Part shown: piece by piece, positions 9,026-18,439 of the stretch
How the letters are laid out: each line of letters opens with the position of its first letter
Position numbering within the stretch: the stretch's first letter is position 1
Origin: Candidatus Poribacteria bacterium
GTDB lineage: Bacteria > Poribacteria > WGA-4E > WGA-3G
Assembly (NCBI GenBank): GCA_964291315.2
Contig: OZ219753.1
Coordinates: 2,336,001-2,400,000, forward strand
Direction: 5' to 3'
DNA: 64,000 nt
Made by a program: the position numbers and the translations under genes
The notes under the pieces: model-generated
The model's database searches: none
What the model was told of the DNA's origin: nothing
Seen by the model: only the letters and a program-made list of their open reading frames with translations

Positions 9026-9850
9026 TTGAAACTCGGTGTATCTACTTATTCCTATTGGCATTTCAAACCAGAACGCGTGCCGATTGAGCATGTCATTGAA
9101 GAAGCCGCACGCCTTGAACTCGACGGTGTCGAAATCTTGCATCAACAGATGGCATCTGAAGCGAATCCGTATCTGCAAAAACTGAAACGGCACGCCTTTG
9201 TCCATGGACTCGATCTCTACGCTCTCTCGATCCATCAAGGCTTTGTGTCGCCAGACGAAGCCACGCGACAAAAAAATATCAACCACACCGTCCACTGCAT
9301 TCGATTGGCACACGAACTCGGCATTCCGTCAATCCGTCTCAACTCAGGGAGATGGGGGACTATCCCGTCCTTCGATGAGTTAATGAAAACCGAGGGGCAA
9401 GAACCAACGCTCCCCGGGCACACAGAAAATGAAGCGTTTGATTGGGTGATAGCTGCGATTGAAAAGTGTCTGCCGGACGCTGAAAAATATGGCGTGGTCC
9501 TGGGGCTCGAAAACCACTGGGGATTGACTTGCACCCCGGAAGGAGTCAATCGTATCGTCTCTGCTATCGACTCGGATTGGCTAAAAGTGACAATGGATTG
9601 TGGCAATTTCCTCTCGGATCCTTACAAAAAACTGACACAGATTGCAGGTGAGGCGGTGCTGGTGCATGCCAAAACCTACTACGGCGGTGGCGAATGGTAT
9701 ACATTGGATCTCGATTATGCTAAAATTGGCTCTATTCTAAAAGAGGTGGGGTTTCACGGATACGTGTCCATCGAATTTGAGGGCAAAGCGGATGCACACC
9801 TCGGGGTCCCACAGAGCGTAAAAATGCTCCGAGACGCGCTTCCTCAATAA
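9026..9850 (+). CDS. Sugar phosphate isomerase/epimerase (xylose isomerase-like TIM barrel)
   Basis: RBS GAGGTG before TTG; DGVEIL, LENHWG, MDCGNF, HAK and SIEFEG motifs. Confidence 0.88.
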   Translation: MKLGVSTYSYWHFKPERVPIEHVIEEAARLELDGVEILHQQMASEANPYLQKLKRHAFVHGLDLYALSIHQGFVSPDEATRQKNINHTVHCIRLAHELGIPSIRLNSGRWGTIPSFDELMKTEGQEPTLPGHTENEAFDWVIAAIEKCLPDAEKYGVVLGLENHWGLTCTPEGVNRIVSAIDSDWLKVTMDCGNFLSDPYKKLTQIAGEAVLVHAKTYYGGGEWYTLDLDYAKIGSILKEVGFHGYVSIEFEGKADAHLGVPQSVKMLRDALPQ

Positions 9851-9914
9851 CCGGTGTCTTCTAGTATGGGCGAGGTTTTTGTACCTGAACGTTGACTTAC
9901 CCTTGGAGGATTTA

Positions 9915-12626
9915 ATGCACAGAAAAACTGTAATATCAATTCTAGCTTTCGCATTGCTCATGACAATAGGAGGCCGCACAACACTAGCAGAGATAGGAGA
10001 GCTGGCGGGAGCGACGAATGCTTCCCAGGTTTGGCGAGCCTTGCAACGTCTACAGACAACCGCTACTGTGCTACACACTGTTGCACACCCTGACGATGAG
10101 AACGGTGCTTTGCTAACGTGGCTCAGTCGCGGCCGAGGGGTCAGAACCGGACTATACTCAACGACACGTGGGGAAGGCGGCGCAAACCTCATAGGCCCCG
10201 AATTATTCGATGCACTCGGTATCGTCCGCACCGAAGAACATCTCGCTGCTGCCCGATACTACGGTATAGATATCTTCTTTAGCAGGGCTGTCGACTTCGG
10301 GTATTCCAAACGGCTCGACGAAACGTTGGAAAAATGGGATTACCAGATGCTGCTGGAGGATATGGTACGTCTCATCCGACGCTACCGGCCCGATGTCATC
10401 ATTTCTCGATTTCAAGGAAATCGTCAAGATGGACATGGACACCATCAAGCCTCTGGGCTTGTGACCTCAGAGGCGTTCCGCGTCGCCGGCGATCCAAATC
10501 AATTTCCAGAACACCTGACAGCAGGACTGCAGCCGTGGCAACCTAAGAAACTTTATATCACGCGTTCCAGGTGGCAACACGGTAACGCTGAACCTGATGA
10601 TACCCCACTGTTAGAGATTAACACGGGCGAATATAACGCTCTATTAGGACTCTCTTACGCTCAGGTTGCCCGTCAAGGCCTCAGTTACCAACGTTCGCAA
10701 GGGGTCGGACAGACGCGCGCGTCCAAAGGTTCCTCACTCACTCAACTGCGTTTGCTGGATACAACACTTCCCAAGCGATCGGAGACCGAACAGAGTCTTT
10801 TTGATGGCCTTGACACCACAATTATGGGAATGGCAACACTCGCCAACGCGCCTGATTTGAATGCAACATTTACGCAACTTCAGGCAAGCGTAGATGCTGC
10901 GCTGAATGATTATGATGCACGGCAACCTTGGACGGTTGTGCCTCACCTTGCAAGTGGTTTAAAAGCTGTTCGCAGCTTAATTGAAGGGGTCCAGAGCCGA
11001 GAGCTTGATGACGCTACGCGTGCGCATCTGCTTTTTCTGTTACAGAATAAAGAGCAGGAATTGATGGATGCTGCCGACGCCGCCCTCGGATGTTCCCTGG
11101 AGGTACTCGTCTACCCCCAAGGCGCGCAAGAAGGATTCTTCCGTTCACCTGAAACCTTCGCAGTTGCGGTTCCGGGACAAAAATTTTCAATCGGAATGCG
11201 GATAGTGAATCCTGCACCCGTTGTTGCTGAACTTGTTGATGCATTTCTCCGCGCCCCAGAGGGATGGATCGTGCGTCAAACCGCAACAGACGCGGCGGAG
11301 AAAAAGGGGATACCCATGCAAACAAATCAAGCGATCGCTGTCACGTTTGAAGTGGAAGTGCCACAAGATGCGTCGTACACCCAACCGTATTGGACTCGCA
11401 CGTCTGAATATCACGATGCTGTCTATACACTACAACATCCAGAGTTTAGGTACATGCCCTTTGCACCGCCCGAGGTTCAAGGGGTTATAACCTATCGTGT
11501 GGAGGGTGTGGACTTCACACTTACGCGCCCCGCACAAACGGTTTCGATCAACCGCCCTTGGGGCGAAAGACGGCGTTTGCTATCGGTGGCGCCCGCCCTC
11601 AGCCTATCTATGACCCCCCGTATCGGCATTATTCCGATAGCTGAATCCGAAGCAGTAGATCGGAAAACAACCGAATTCACTGCCACGGTGGAGGTGTTGA
11701 ACAACGTGGCAGGTGAAGCAGCAGGCACGCTTTCACTCATCGTACCAGAGGAATGGCGTATGTCTCCTGAAAGCACACCTTTCGCTTTTACCCATGAGGG
11801 AGCCAGCAAGACGTTTACTTTTCAAGTGGGCACTAAGGGTGTAGAACCCGGCAAAAATTATATAATTCAAGCAGTCGCTATCTCTGACGGTGAAGAATAC
11901 ACCACAGGTTATCAAGTTATCGATTTTCCTGATCTTGAGCCTCGACATCTCTATCGTCCGGCGACGATGACGCTACACAGTATTTCGATCGAACTTCCAA
12001 CGGAGCTGGAAGTTGGTTACATCATGGGGGTCGGTGATAGAGTGCCTGAGGCACTGCAGCAGATTGGTATCGACGTTGAGATGCTCGGTCGGGAAGAACT
12101 TCGCACCGGTGATTTGAGTCGCTACAACACGATCTTGGTGGGCATTCGGGCGTATGCCGTGCGGCGGGATCTCATTGCGTATAACGGACGACTTCTCGAC
12201 TACGTCCATAACGGAGGTAACCTTATCGTCCAATACCAGACCCCGGAATTTGACGATGCCCCGTTCGGCCCCTATCCGTATACGATGGGGCACCGACCCG
12301 AGGAAGTCTCCGAAGAAGATGCACCCGTGGGCATTCTGATCCCATCACATCTGATTTTCCAGCATCCTAACCTGATTACAGAAGCTGATTTCGATGGATG
12401 GGTTGAGGAGCGCGGTTCAAAGTTCTTAACTCAGTGGGATTTCAACTATCAGGCGCTCCTGACGTGCAACGACCACAAACAGGAGCCGCAGCGCGGCGGT
12501 CTCCTCTATACCAAATATGGAGAAGGTACCTATATCTACGCTGCTTACGCTTTTTATAGACAGCTCCCGGCAGGTGTCACAGGAGCGTACCGTCTCTTCG
12601 TTAACCTGCTTACGCTCGGCAAGTAG
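9915..12626 (+). CDS. Secreted PIG-L/LmbE family deacetylase with NEW3-like and C-terminal GATase-like domains
   Basis: AHPDDE, TRGEGG.N.IG, DFGYSK and HGHH motifs; GYIMGVGD..GIRAY..YRQLPAGV C-terminal domain; RBS GGAGG before ATG 9915. Confidence 0.88.
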   Translation: MHRKTVISILAFALLMTIGGRTTLAEIGELAGATNASQVWRALQRLQTTATVLHTVAHPDDENGALLTWLSRGRGVRTGLYSTTRGEGGANLIGPELFDALGIVRTEEHLAAARYYGIDIFFSRAVDFGYSKRLDETLEKWDYQMLLEDMVRLIRRYRPDVIISRFQGNRQDGHGHHQASGLVTSEAFRVAGDPNQFPEHLTAGLQPWQPKKLYITRSRWQHGNAEPDDTPLLEINTGEYNALLGLSYAQVARQGLSYQRSQGVGQTRASKGSSLTQLRLLDTTLPKRSETEQSLFDGLDTTIMGMATLANAPDLNATFTQLQASVDAALNDYDARQPWTVVPHLASGLKAVRSLIEGVQSRELDDATRAHLLFLLQNKEQELMDAADAALGCSLEVLVYPQGAQEGFFRSPETFAVAVPGQKFSIGMRIVNPAPVVAELVDAFLRAPEGWIVRQTATDAAEKKGIPMQTNQAIAVTFEVEVPQDASYTQPYWTRTSEYHDAVYTLQHPEFRYMPFAPPEVQGVITYRVEGVDFTLTRPAQTVSINRPWGERRRLLSVAPALSLSMTPRIGIIPIAESEAVDRKTTEFTATVEVLNNVAGEAAGTLSLIVPEEWRMSPESTPFAFTHEGASKTFTFQVGTKGVEPGKNYIIQAVAISDGEEYTTGYQVIDFPDLEPRHLYRPATMTLHSISIELPTELEVGYIMGVGDRVPEALQQIGIDVEMLGREELRTGDLSRYNTILVGIRAYAVRRDLIAYNGRLLDYVHNGGNLIVQYQTPEFDDAPFGPYPYTMGHRPEEVSEEDAPVGILIPSHLIFQHPNLITEADFDGWVEERGSKFLTQWDFNYQALLTCNDHKQEPQRGGLLYTKYGEGTYIYAAYAFYRQLPAGVTGAYRLFVNLLTLGK

Positions 12627-12635
12627 CCGCTACTC

Positions 12636-13736
12636 CTAGTCCGTCTCCCACGGTGCTACCTTCTCGACGGGTGGCGGTGCTGGGAAGCGACTCACAACAT
12701 CAATAGGGCGACCTGCATCAGACGATTCAATTATCCGTTCACACACTTCTAGCGTGTGCCGTGCTTGGGCACCGTTACAGCGCGGGTTTCGATCGGATCT
12801 AATTGCGTCTGCGAAGTCAGCGACTCCCTTGCCCCAATCTAACCCTACAAAGGATTTTGGTGGCGAAGGTTCGTCTTGCCACTGGTGCTGTGGCGTGAAT
12901 TTTTTGATGCCGCGTCCGTCGTCGTGTGCTTGTAGAGAGAAACCGCCTGTTGTACCGTGAATCTCATAAGGCGGCATCCCGGAGGCAACAGTGAAACTGT
13001 GATAAATGAGTCCGTGTGCGCCGTTTTCAAATTCAAGCACAGCAAATCCGTGATCCTTCTCATTGACCTCAAATTCAGTCCCTTTCCGCGGTCCCTGGTG
13101 TAACGTCCGTTTTGGAACAGCAAGTCGTGCAAAGCCGTGTACCGTTCTAACGGGGGCGATCATAGTTGTCATCGCTGTGAGCGGATATGGGGCGACATCG
13201 CGAAAGGGCCCCGCGTGCATCAGAAACGCATCAGCATTCGGGTGCCAGTGTTCCAAGGGACCACCGAAGTTGCCAATTACAGAGAGGATATCGCCGATCT
13301 CACCGTCCCGGACCCGTTGCCAGACGTTCTGTTGAACGTAGCCGAGGATCGCTGATGGCGCACATGCCAATTTCAAATCTAGTGCATCTGCCGTTTCGAC
13401 AAGCTCGTTTGCTTCGTCGGTTCGGATAGAGATCGGTTTCTCAGAGTAGACGTGTTTTCCGGCTTTCAAGGCCGCTAACGAAATGGGGTAGTGTGAAGTG
13501 TGAATTGTCAAATTCACGATCGTTTCCACGTTTGGATCGTTTAGAACTTCATCGAACGATTTATAAACGCGCCCTCCGTCTCTATCCGCTAATGCTGAGG
13601 CCCGCGTTTCATCTTGATCGTAGTAACCAGCCAGTTCAATGCAGTGTGGATATGCTTGGCATCGTGGTTGGTAGCCGCCTGCAGCTATCATACCACAACC
13701 GACAATCACTGTGCGGACTGGAGTTGTATTGGACAT
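12636..13736 (-). CDS. Gfo/Idh/MocA family oxidoreductase
   Basis: IVGCGMIA, AGKHVYSEKP, GPFRDVAPY. Confidence 0.9.
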   Translation of the reverse strand: MSNTTPVRTVIVGCGMIAAGGYQPRCQAYPHCIELAGYYDQDETRASALADRDGGRVYKSFDEVLNDPNVETIVNLTIHTSHYPISLAALKAGKHVYSEKPISIRTDEANELVETADALDLKLACAPSAILGYVQQNVWQRVRDGEIGDILSVIGNFGGPLEHWHPNADAFLMHAGPFRDVAPYPLTAMTTMIAPVRTVHGFARLAVPKRTLHQGPRKGTEFEVNEKDHGFAVLEFENGAHGLIYHSFTVASGMPPYEIHGTTGGFSLQAHDDGRGIKKFTPQHQWQDEPSPPKSFVGLDWGKGVADFADAIRSDRNPRCNGAQARHTLEVCERIIESSDAGRPIDVVSRFPAPPPVEKVAPWETD

Positions 13737-13980
13737 TCAATAAGCTCCTTTTTACGTATCAATGTTTTTACGTTTGTAAGATTTAAAGTCTACCAGATTA
13801 TCAGACTGGTTGCAAGCCTGGGCGTGTAAAATTTTGATACGGAATTCACGAGGTCTCCAAAATGGCCCTAACCTCCGGGCAAGGTTGCCGCGCCCATCTT
13901 GGCGTTCGGCAATCCGGGAAACCGTTAGAGACTCTAAATTCCGGTTCAGAACGAAATTCCCAATAAACCCAATTTTTCTC

Positions 13981-14010
13981 TTGACATAAAAGGCAGACAC
14001 AATGTAATAT
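13981..14010 (+). promoter_or_regulatory. Possible sigma70 promoter for the TPR-lipoprotein-Omp85 operon
   Basis: TTGACA-18-TAATAT upstream of GTG 14054. Confidence 0.45.
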
Positions 14011-14053
14011 ATAGGGTGTAACTTGGCAACCAATATTATATATAGATCTTGAG

Positions 14054-14518
14054 GTGATAAACGTGCTAAGGGGCCATCAACTCGCTTCTATCGCTATCCT
14101 TGCCTCCCTGATTCTGTCTGGATGTGCTGGATCGCGGGACAGTGACCAGGCTGAGGCTTACAACGCATTCGCGATAAGAGCTGCAGAAGCAGAACTCTGG
14201 AACGAGGCCGTGTTCCGATTGAAACAGGTTATTAATGTTGATCCAGTGAATTCTAAAGCCTATAATAACCTCGGTGTTGCTTACGAAGCCCTCGGGAACA
14301 TAGATGAGGCTGTCGCTGCTTACGAGCATGCGACGGAACTAGAACCCGATAACAAATACTATCGACTCAATTATCGGAGGTGCCGGATACATGTCCGACG
14401 GAGCGGGGCTGATGCTGATACCGCGCAATTGGCAGAAGAGGGGGCTCCACCTAAGAAAAAGGAGCAGAACTCAATATTCGAAACTCGCTTTCAAGTGAAG
14501 ACAGAGATATGCAAATAA
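14054..14518 (+). CDS. TPR lipoprotein
   Basis: Lipobox LSGC; KAYNNLGVAYEALG..EA..AY..A.EL.P TPR repeat. Confidence 0.85.
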   Translation: MINVLRGHQLASIAILASLILSGCAGSRDSDQAEAYNAFAIRAAEAELWNEAVFRLKQVINVDPVNSKAYNNLGVAYEALGNIDEAVAAYEHATELEPDNKYYRLNYRRCRIHVRRSGADADTAQLAEEGAPPKKKEQNSIFETRFQVKTEICK

Positions 14519-15222
14519 TGAATAAAATGGCGACCCTCTTTGTGATTTTAACCCTTTGCGGCTGTGGTAGTACTGTCACGCGGGTCTCTATTCCGGTGAA
14601 AGTTCAATCTGAAATTGACATCGGCCGGTATTCCAACTTTGCGGTTTTGCCGTTTATCAATGAAAAGACGGATCGCAACGAGGAAGTGCCTCCAGAGATA
14701 GGTGAGGATATCGCTGCGATACTCCGCAGAGGTTTAGCACGCCAAAAAAGTTTCAAAGTCGTCAGCACGCAGGAAACCGAGAGACTTCTTACCGGTGAAA
14801 CTATAGAGGCAGAGTGGCTGACCAATACCAAGCATCTTAGCCAACTCGGTGAGTATTTTGAGGTGAAAGGTGTTATCATCGGGAGCTTTCGGTTTTATTC
14901 AGACAGTCGTCCAAGACGCTATTATGGGGAGCGGTACTCCATACAACGGCAACGTTACGTCATGGATTATCAGGACTATATGCAGAAAACGTATCTACTT
15001 TCCCTGCGCGTCCTGATTATTGATGTCGAAACCGAGCAGATCATTTGGGATGAATCCTACCGACGAAGCACTGCGGAGGCACATACTATTGGTTCTTTTA
15101 TTTTTTCGCAGGTTGGCCCGCATGCAAATGCCATCCGCGAACTTGGCAAGCGTGCGGCATCAGAGTTTACACGGCAAATTTCCCCACACTACGAGCGCGA
15201 AGATAGATATTTGGTAAAATAA
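14509..15222 (+). CDS. Lipoprotein with CsgG/LpoB/TolB-N-like alpha-beta fold
   Basis: Lipobox LCGC; AVLPF.N, LG..FEV.GVIIG and LR.IDVET.QIIW patterns. Confidence 0.65.
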   Translation: MQIMNKMATLFVILTLCGCGSTVTRVSIPVKVQSEIDIGRYSNFAVLPFINEKTDRNEEVPPEIGEDIAAILRRGLARQKSFKVVSTQETERLLTGETIEAEWLTNTKHLSQLGEYFEVKGVIIGSFRFYSDSRPRRYYGERYSIQRQRYVMDYQDYMQKTYLLSLRVLIIDVETEQIIWDESYRRSTAEAHTIGSFIFSQVGPHANAIRELGKRAASEFTRQISPHYEREDRYLVK

Positions 15223-15234
15223 TAGGAAAAACAG

Positions 15235-18200
15235 ATGAGTGGTGAAAAAAAAGAACAAATTCAGAATCGGCAATTAGCAGCCCGCTATTTGCTATTTGTA
15301 GCTTGTTATTTGCTATTTGTTATTTCTTGCGCCTCATGGGCACAGGGATTTGGGAAGAATAAAATCACAGGCCAACGTTTCGAGTGGCACATCCATAGGA
15401 CAGAGCACTTTGATATCCACTATTATCCCAGTGCAGCCAAACTGGTGCCTATTATGGCTGCTATTGCTGAGCAGGCTTACGAACAACACAGCTCTGATTT
15501 TGAACATGAGCTGCAAGACAGAACGCCGCTTATCCTTTACAAATCCCATAAAGACTTCCAAGAAACCAACATAATCCTCCAAGAACTCCACGAAGGCATC
15601 GGGGGGTTCGCTGAGATCTTTAAACACCGTATTGTTATACCTTTCACCGGGTCTCTCGAAGCATTTCGGGAAGTGATCTTCCACGAACTAATCCATATTT
15701 TTCAGTACGACATCATCTATCAAAAACCACATGCCCGCATCTATAGCGGCGAGTTTCTCTATTCTGCACCTATCTGGTTTATAGAGGGGATGGCAGATTA
15801 TTTTGCTGAAGATAACGATGCTATCGGTGAAATGGTGATTCGTGATGCAAGTATGAATAACAATATCGTACCGCTGCCGCAGCTCCACAATTTCAATCGA
15901 TTGAGATCGCCCTTCGTTGGGTATAAGCTGGGACAATTAGCGGTCGCCTATCTCACGGAGACCTATGGACGCGAAAAAATCGCTGAGATTTTGCAAGGAT
16001 TACGACAGAGCAGGACGAAAGATATTAACCAGGTTTTTATAGAAGTACTCGGGGTGAAGCTTGAAGAATTTGATAAGGCATGGAGGCAGACAGTCCGCAA
16101 ACGTTACTGGCCCCTCATTGAGCACAGAGAATTGCCTGACCTCGTAGCGAAGAACCTTACTGAGAAATCGAAATATTCACATAATATCAAACCGGTCTGG
16201 GCTCCTAGCGGCGATATTATCGCCTACGTCACCGGGAATGAAGGGTTTTTGGAAATTGTCCTTATGTCCGCGAAAACCGGAGAACGCATCAAGCGCATCA
16301 CAAAACGATTTTTCCGGGAAAAATACGAGGAAATTCGCACAGATTTCGGGGGATTTGGCAGGAGCCTCGCTTGGGCCCCCGATGGGGATAGGATAGCATT
16401 CATCGCTAAGTATCACGATGCAAACTACCTTCTTGAAGTTAATATTTTGACAGAGGAACTGACGCAGTACTTTGAACTCAATTTTGATAACGCTACCTCT
16501 CCAGACTATGATGGTAGCGGGGAACGTATCATCTTTTCCGCTCTAAAAAGCGGACAGACAGACCTCTATACCATTGAGTTGTTGACTGGTGAAATAAAAC
16601 GTTTAACATTCGACCTTTTCAACGATACCCATCCGTCGTGGCATCCAACAACAGGTAAAATCCTCTATACCTCTGAACGGGGCGGGAAAAATAGGCTCGT
16701 CCTTATGGACCTCAATCGCGGAACGGAACTTGTCCTGACAGATAACACCTATAATGCTGTTAGCCCCACGTGGGCACCAGGCGGCGAATCGATACTTTTT
16801 TGTTCTGATGCTAAAGGCATTTACGATGTTTACGAGCTTGAAATTGTGGAGAAAACCGGCACCGAGGAAAACGCCAATTCCAGAAAAGAGAAGCCCGTTG
16901 CACAACAGGCTAGTAGTGGTGACTCCAAAACAGAACAGGTCGCATCTGCAGAAGGGCATGTGGAGCCTTTAAAGCCATCTTTAGAGCTCAAACTTACGCG
17001 GCTTACCAACATCATGACGGGTTGTTTTAATCCAAGTTTGGCTCCAGATAGAGAGCATCTGCTGTTTAGCGCATACCAGAATGGAAAATACGATATCTGC
17101 CTGATGGATATTGGCAAAACCATTAAAGAGGAAATTGAAGTTTCAGACGGACCAGAACCGTCTGCAATTTTGACAGCAGAAGGCACAGAGAATTATAGGA
17201 TTGCTAAGCGAAAGTACAACACCCGTTCCTCTTTCGCCCTAGATGCAATCTTTCCTAATTTCAGTTTTGGTGCCGACGGTATCCTGAGAAGCACGGTACA
17301 AATCATCGGTAGTGATATGCTCGGCAACCATCGCATCGGAGTTAGTGTGATGAATCAATCCAGCTATCTTGCCCCAGATTTCATCGCGCAATATGGATTC
17401 TTGACACATCGAACCGATATTGGTGCCATGATTTATAACTATCATGAATACCATATTTTGGGCGGCATTCAGAACAGACGTGGTATTTTACAGCGGATTA
17501 CAGGGCTCGGGGCGTATCTCAATTACCCGTTCGACAGGTACCATCGCCTTGATTTTGAATTCTCGATGTACTCAAAGCCGTTTTCCTTTAATTTTCAAAC
17601 GAGGGAGCCTTTGGGACCCTACGCAGACGATAGAGGCTTGCTCACCGTTGGTTCTCTCGCTTTTGTTGGAGATACCACAATGTGGCGTGAGTGGGAGCCT
17701 TATACCGGTTCGCGCTACCGACTCCAACTTGAGCAGTCACTCCCCGCCCTCGGCAGTGATCTCGCGCTAACAAACCTTATTTTTGATGGACGCCGCTACT
17801 TCGGCCTGGGAAGGCGTTCTACGATTGCAGCGCGATTGTTGCTAGGTGGCAACTTCGGCCCTGACCAATCCTACTTCTACCTCGGCGGGATTGATACAAT
17901 CCGTGGTTATGATTACGAAGCTCTGGTCGGCACACGCATCGGACTTCTCAATTTGGAACTCCGTATTCCGTTCATAGATGTACTTCACTTCGGCTGGCCT
18001 GTCCCCTGGACGCTCGGAGGGATCCGTGGAATCCTCTTTGCAGATATAGGCGGCGCATGGTCGGATTGGCAATACGGCCCAGAAAATCCGTTCAGGATCT
18101 TTGTTCGAGAAAAAAATCGACTCCGGCTTGACGATGCTAAGGCAGCAGTTGGACTCGGACTTCGGCTCCAACTTGGAGTGTTTTCAGTCGACTTCGCAGC

Positions 18201-18273
18201 GGCGCGACTCACTGATCTCGCAGGATTCGAACCCGGGGTCAAGTACCACCTCGGACTCGGACAAGCTTTTTAA
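15235..18273 (+). CDS. Omp85/BamA-family outer-membrane protein with N-terminal gluzincin peptidase and TolB-like (PD40) beta-propeller
   Basis: QGFGKNK N-terminus; HELIH plus WFIEGMADY; WAP(S/D)G repeats; LGG.DTIRGY Omp85 motif; C-terminal Phe. Confidence 0.85.
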   Translation: MSGEKKEQIQNRQLAARYLLFVACYLLFVISCASWAQGFGKNKITGQRFEWHIHRTEHFDIHYYPSAAKLVPIMAAIAEQAYEQHSSDFEHELQDRTPLILYKSHKDFQETNIILQELHEGIGGFAEIFKHRIVIPFTGSLEAFREVIFHELIHIFQYDIIYQKPHARIYSGEFLYSAPIWFIEGMADYFAEDNDAIGEMVIRDASMNNNIVPLPQLHNFNRLRSPFVGYKLGQLAVAYLTETYGREKIAEILQGLRQSRTKDINQVFIEVLGVKLEEFDKAWRQTVRKRYWPLIEHRELPDLVAKNLTEKSKYSHNIKPVWAPSGDIIAYVTGNEGFLEIVLMSAKTGERIKRITKRFFREKYEEIRTDFGGFGRSLAWAPDGDRIAFIAKYHDANYLLEVNILTEELTQYFELNFDNATSPDYDGSGERIIFSALKSGQTDLYTIELLTGEIKRLTFDLFNDTHPSWHPTTGKILYTSERGGKNRLVLMDLNRGTELVLTDNTYNAVSPTWAPGGESILFCSDAKGIYDVYELEIVEKTGTEENANSRKEKPVAQQASSGDSKTEQVASAEGHVEPLKPSLELKLTRLTNIMTGCFNPSLAPDREHLLFSAYQNGKYDICLMDIGKTIKEEIEVSDGPEPSAILTAEGTENYRIAKRKYNTRSSFALDAIFPNFSFGADGILRSTVQIIGSDMLGNHRIGVSVMNQSSYLAPDFIAQYGFLTHRTDIGAMIYNYHEYHILGGIQNRRGILQRITGLGAYLNYPFDRYHRLDFEFSMYSKPFSFNFQTREPLGPYADDRGLLTVGSLAFVGDTTMWREWEPYTGSRYRLQLEQSLPALGSDLALTNLIFDGRRYFGLGRRSTIAARLLLGGNFGPDQSYFYLGGIDTIRGYDYEALVGTRIGLLNLELRIPFIDVLHFGWPVPWTLGGIRGILFADIGGAWSDWQYGPENPFRIFVREKNRLRLDDAKAAVGLGLRLQLGVFSVDFAAARLTDLAGFEPGVKYHLGLGQAF

Positions 18274-18439
18274 CGGTTATCAATTTTCAATAAAAAAGCA
18301 GTTTTGACAGGTGAGTGCATGGATAATCAACCTATTATGGAGTCTTTCAAAGCTCAGTTTTGAACAGCAAAACAGCTACACATACACACTTAACTAACAG
18401 CCAACCACTGACAACTGACAATTCTTAAGAAGGAGAAAT

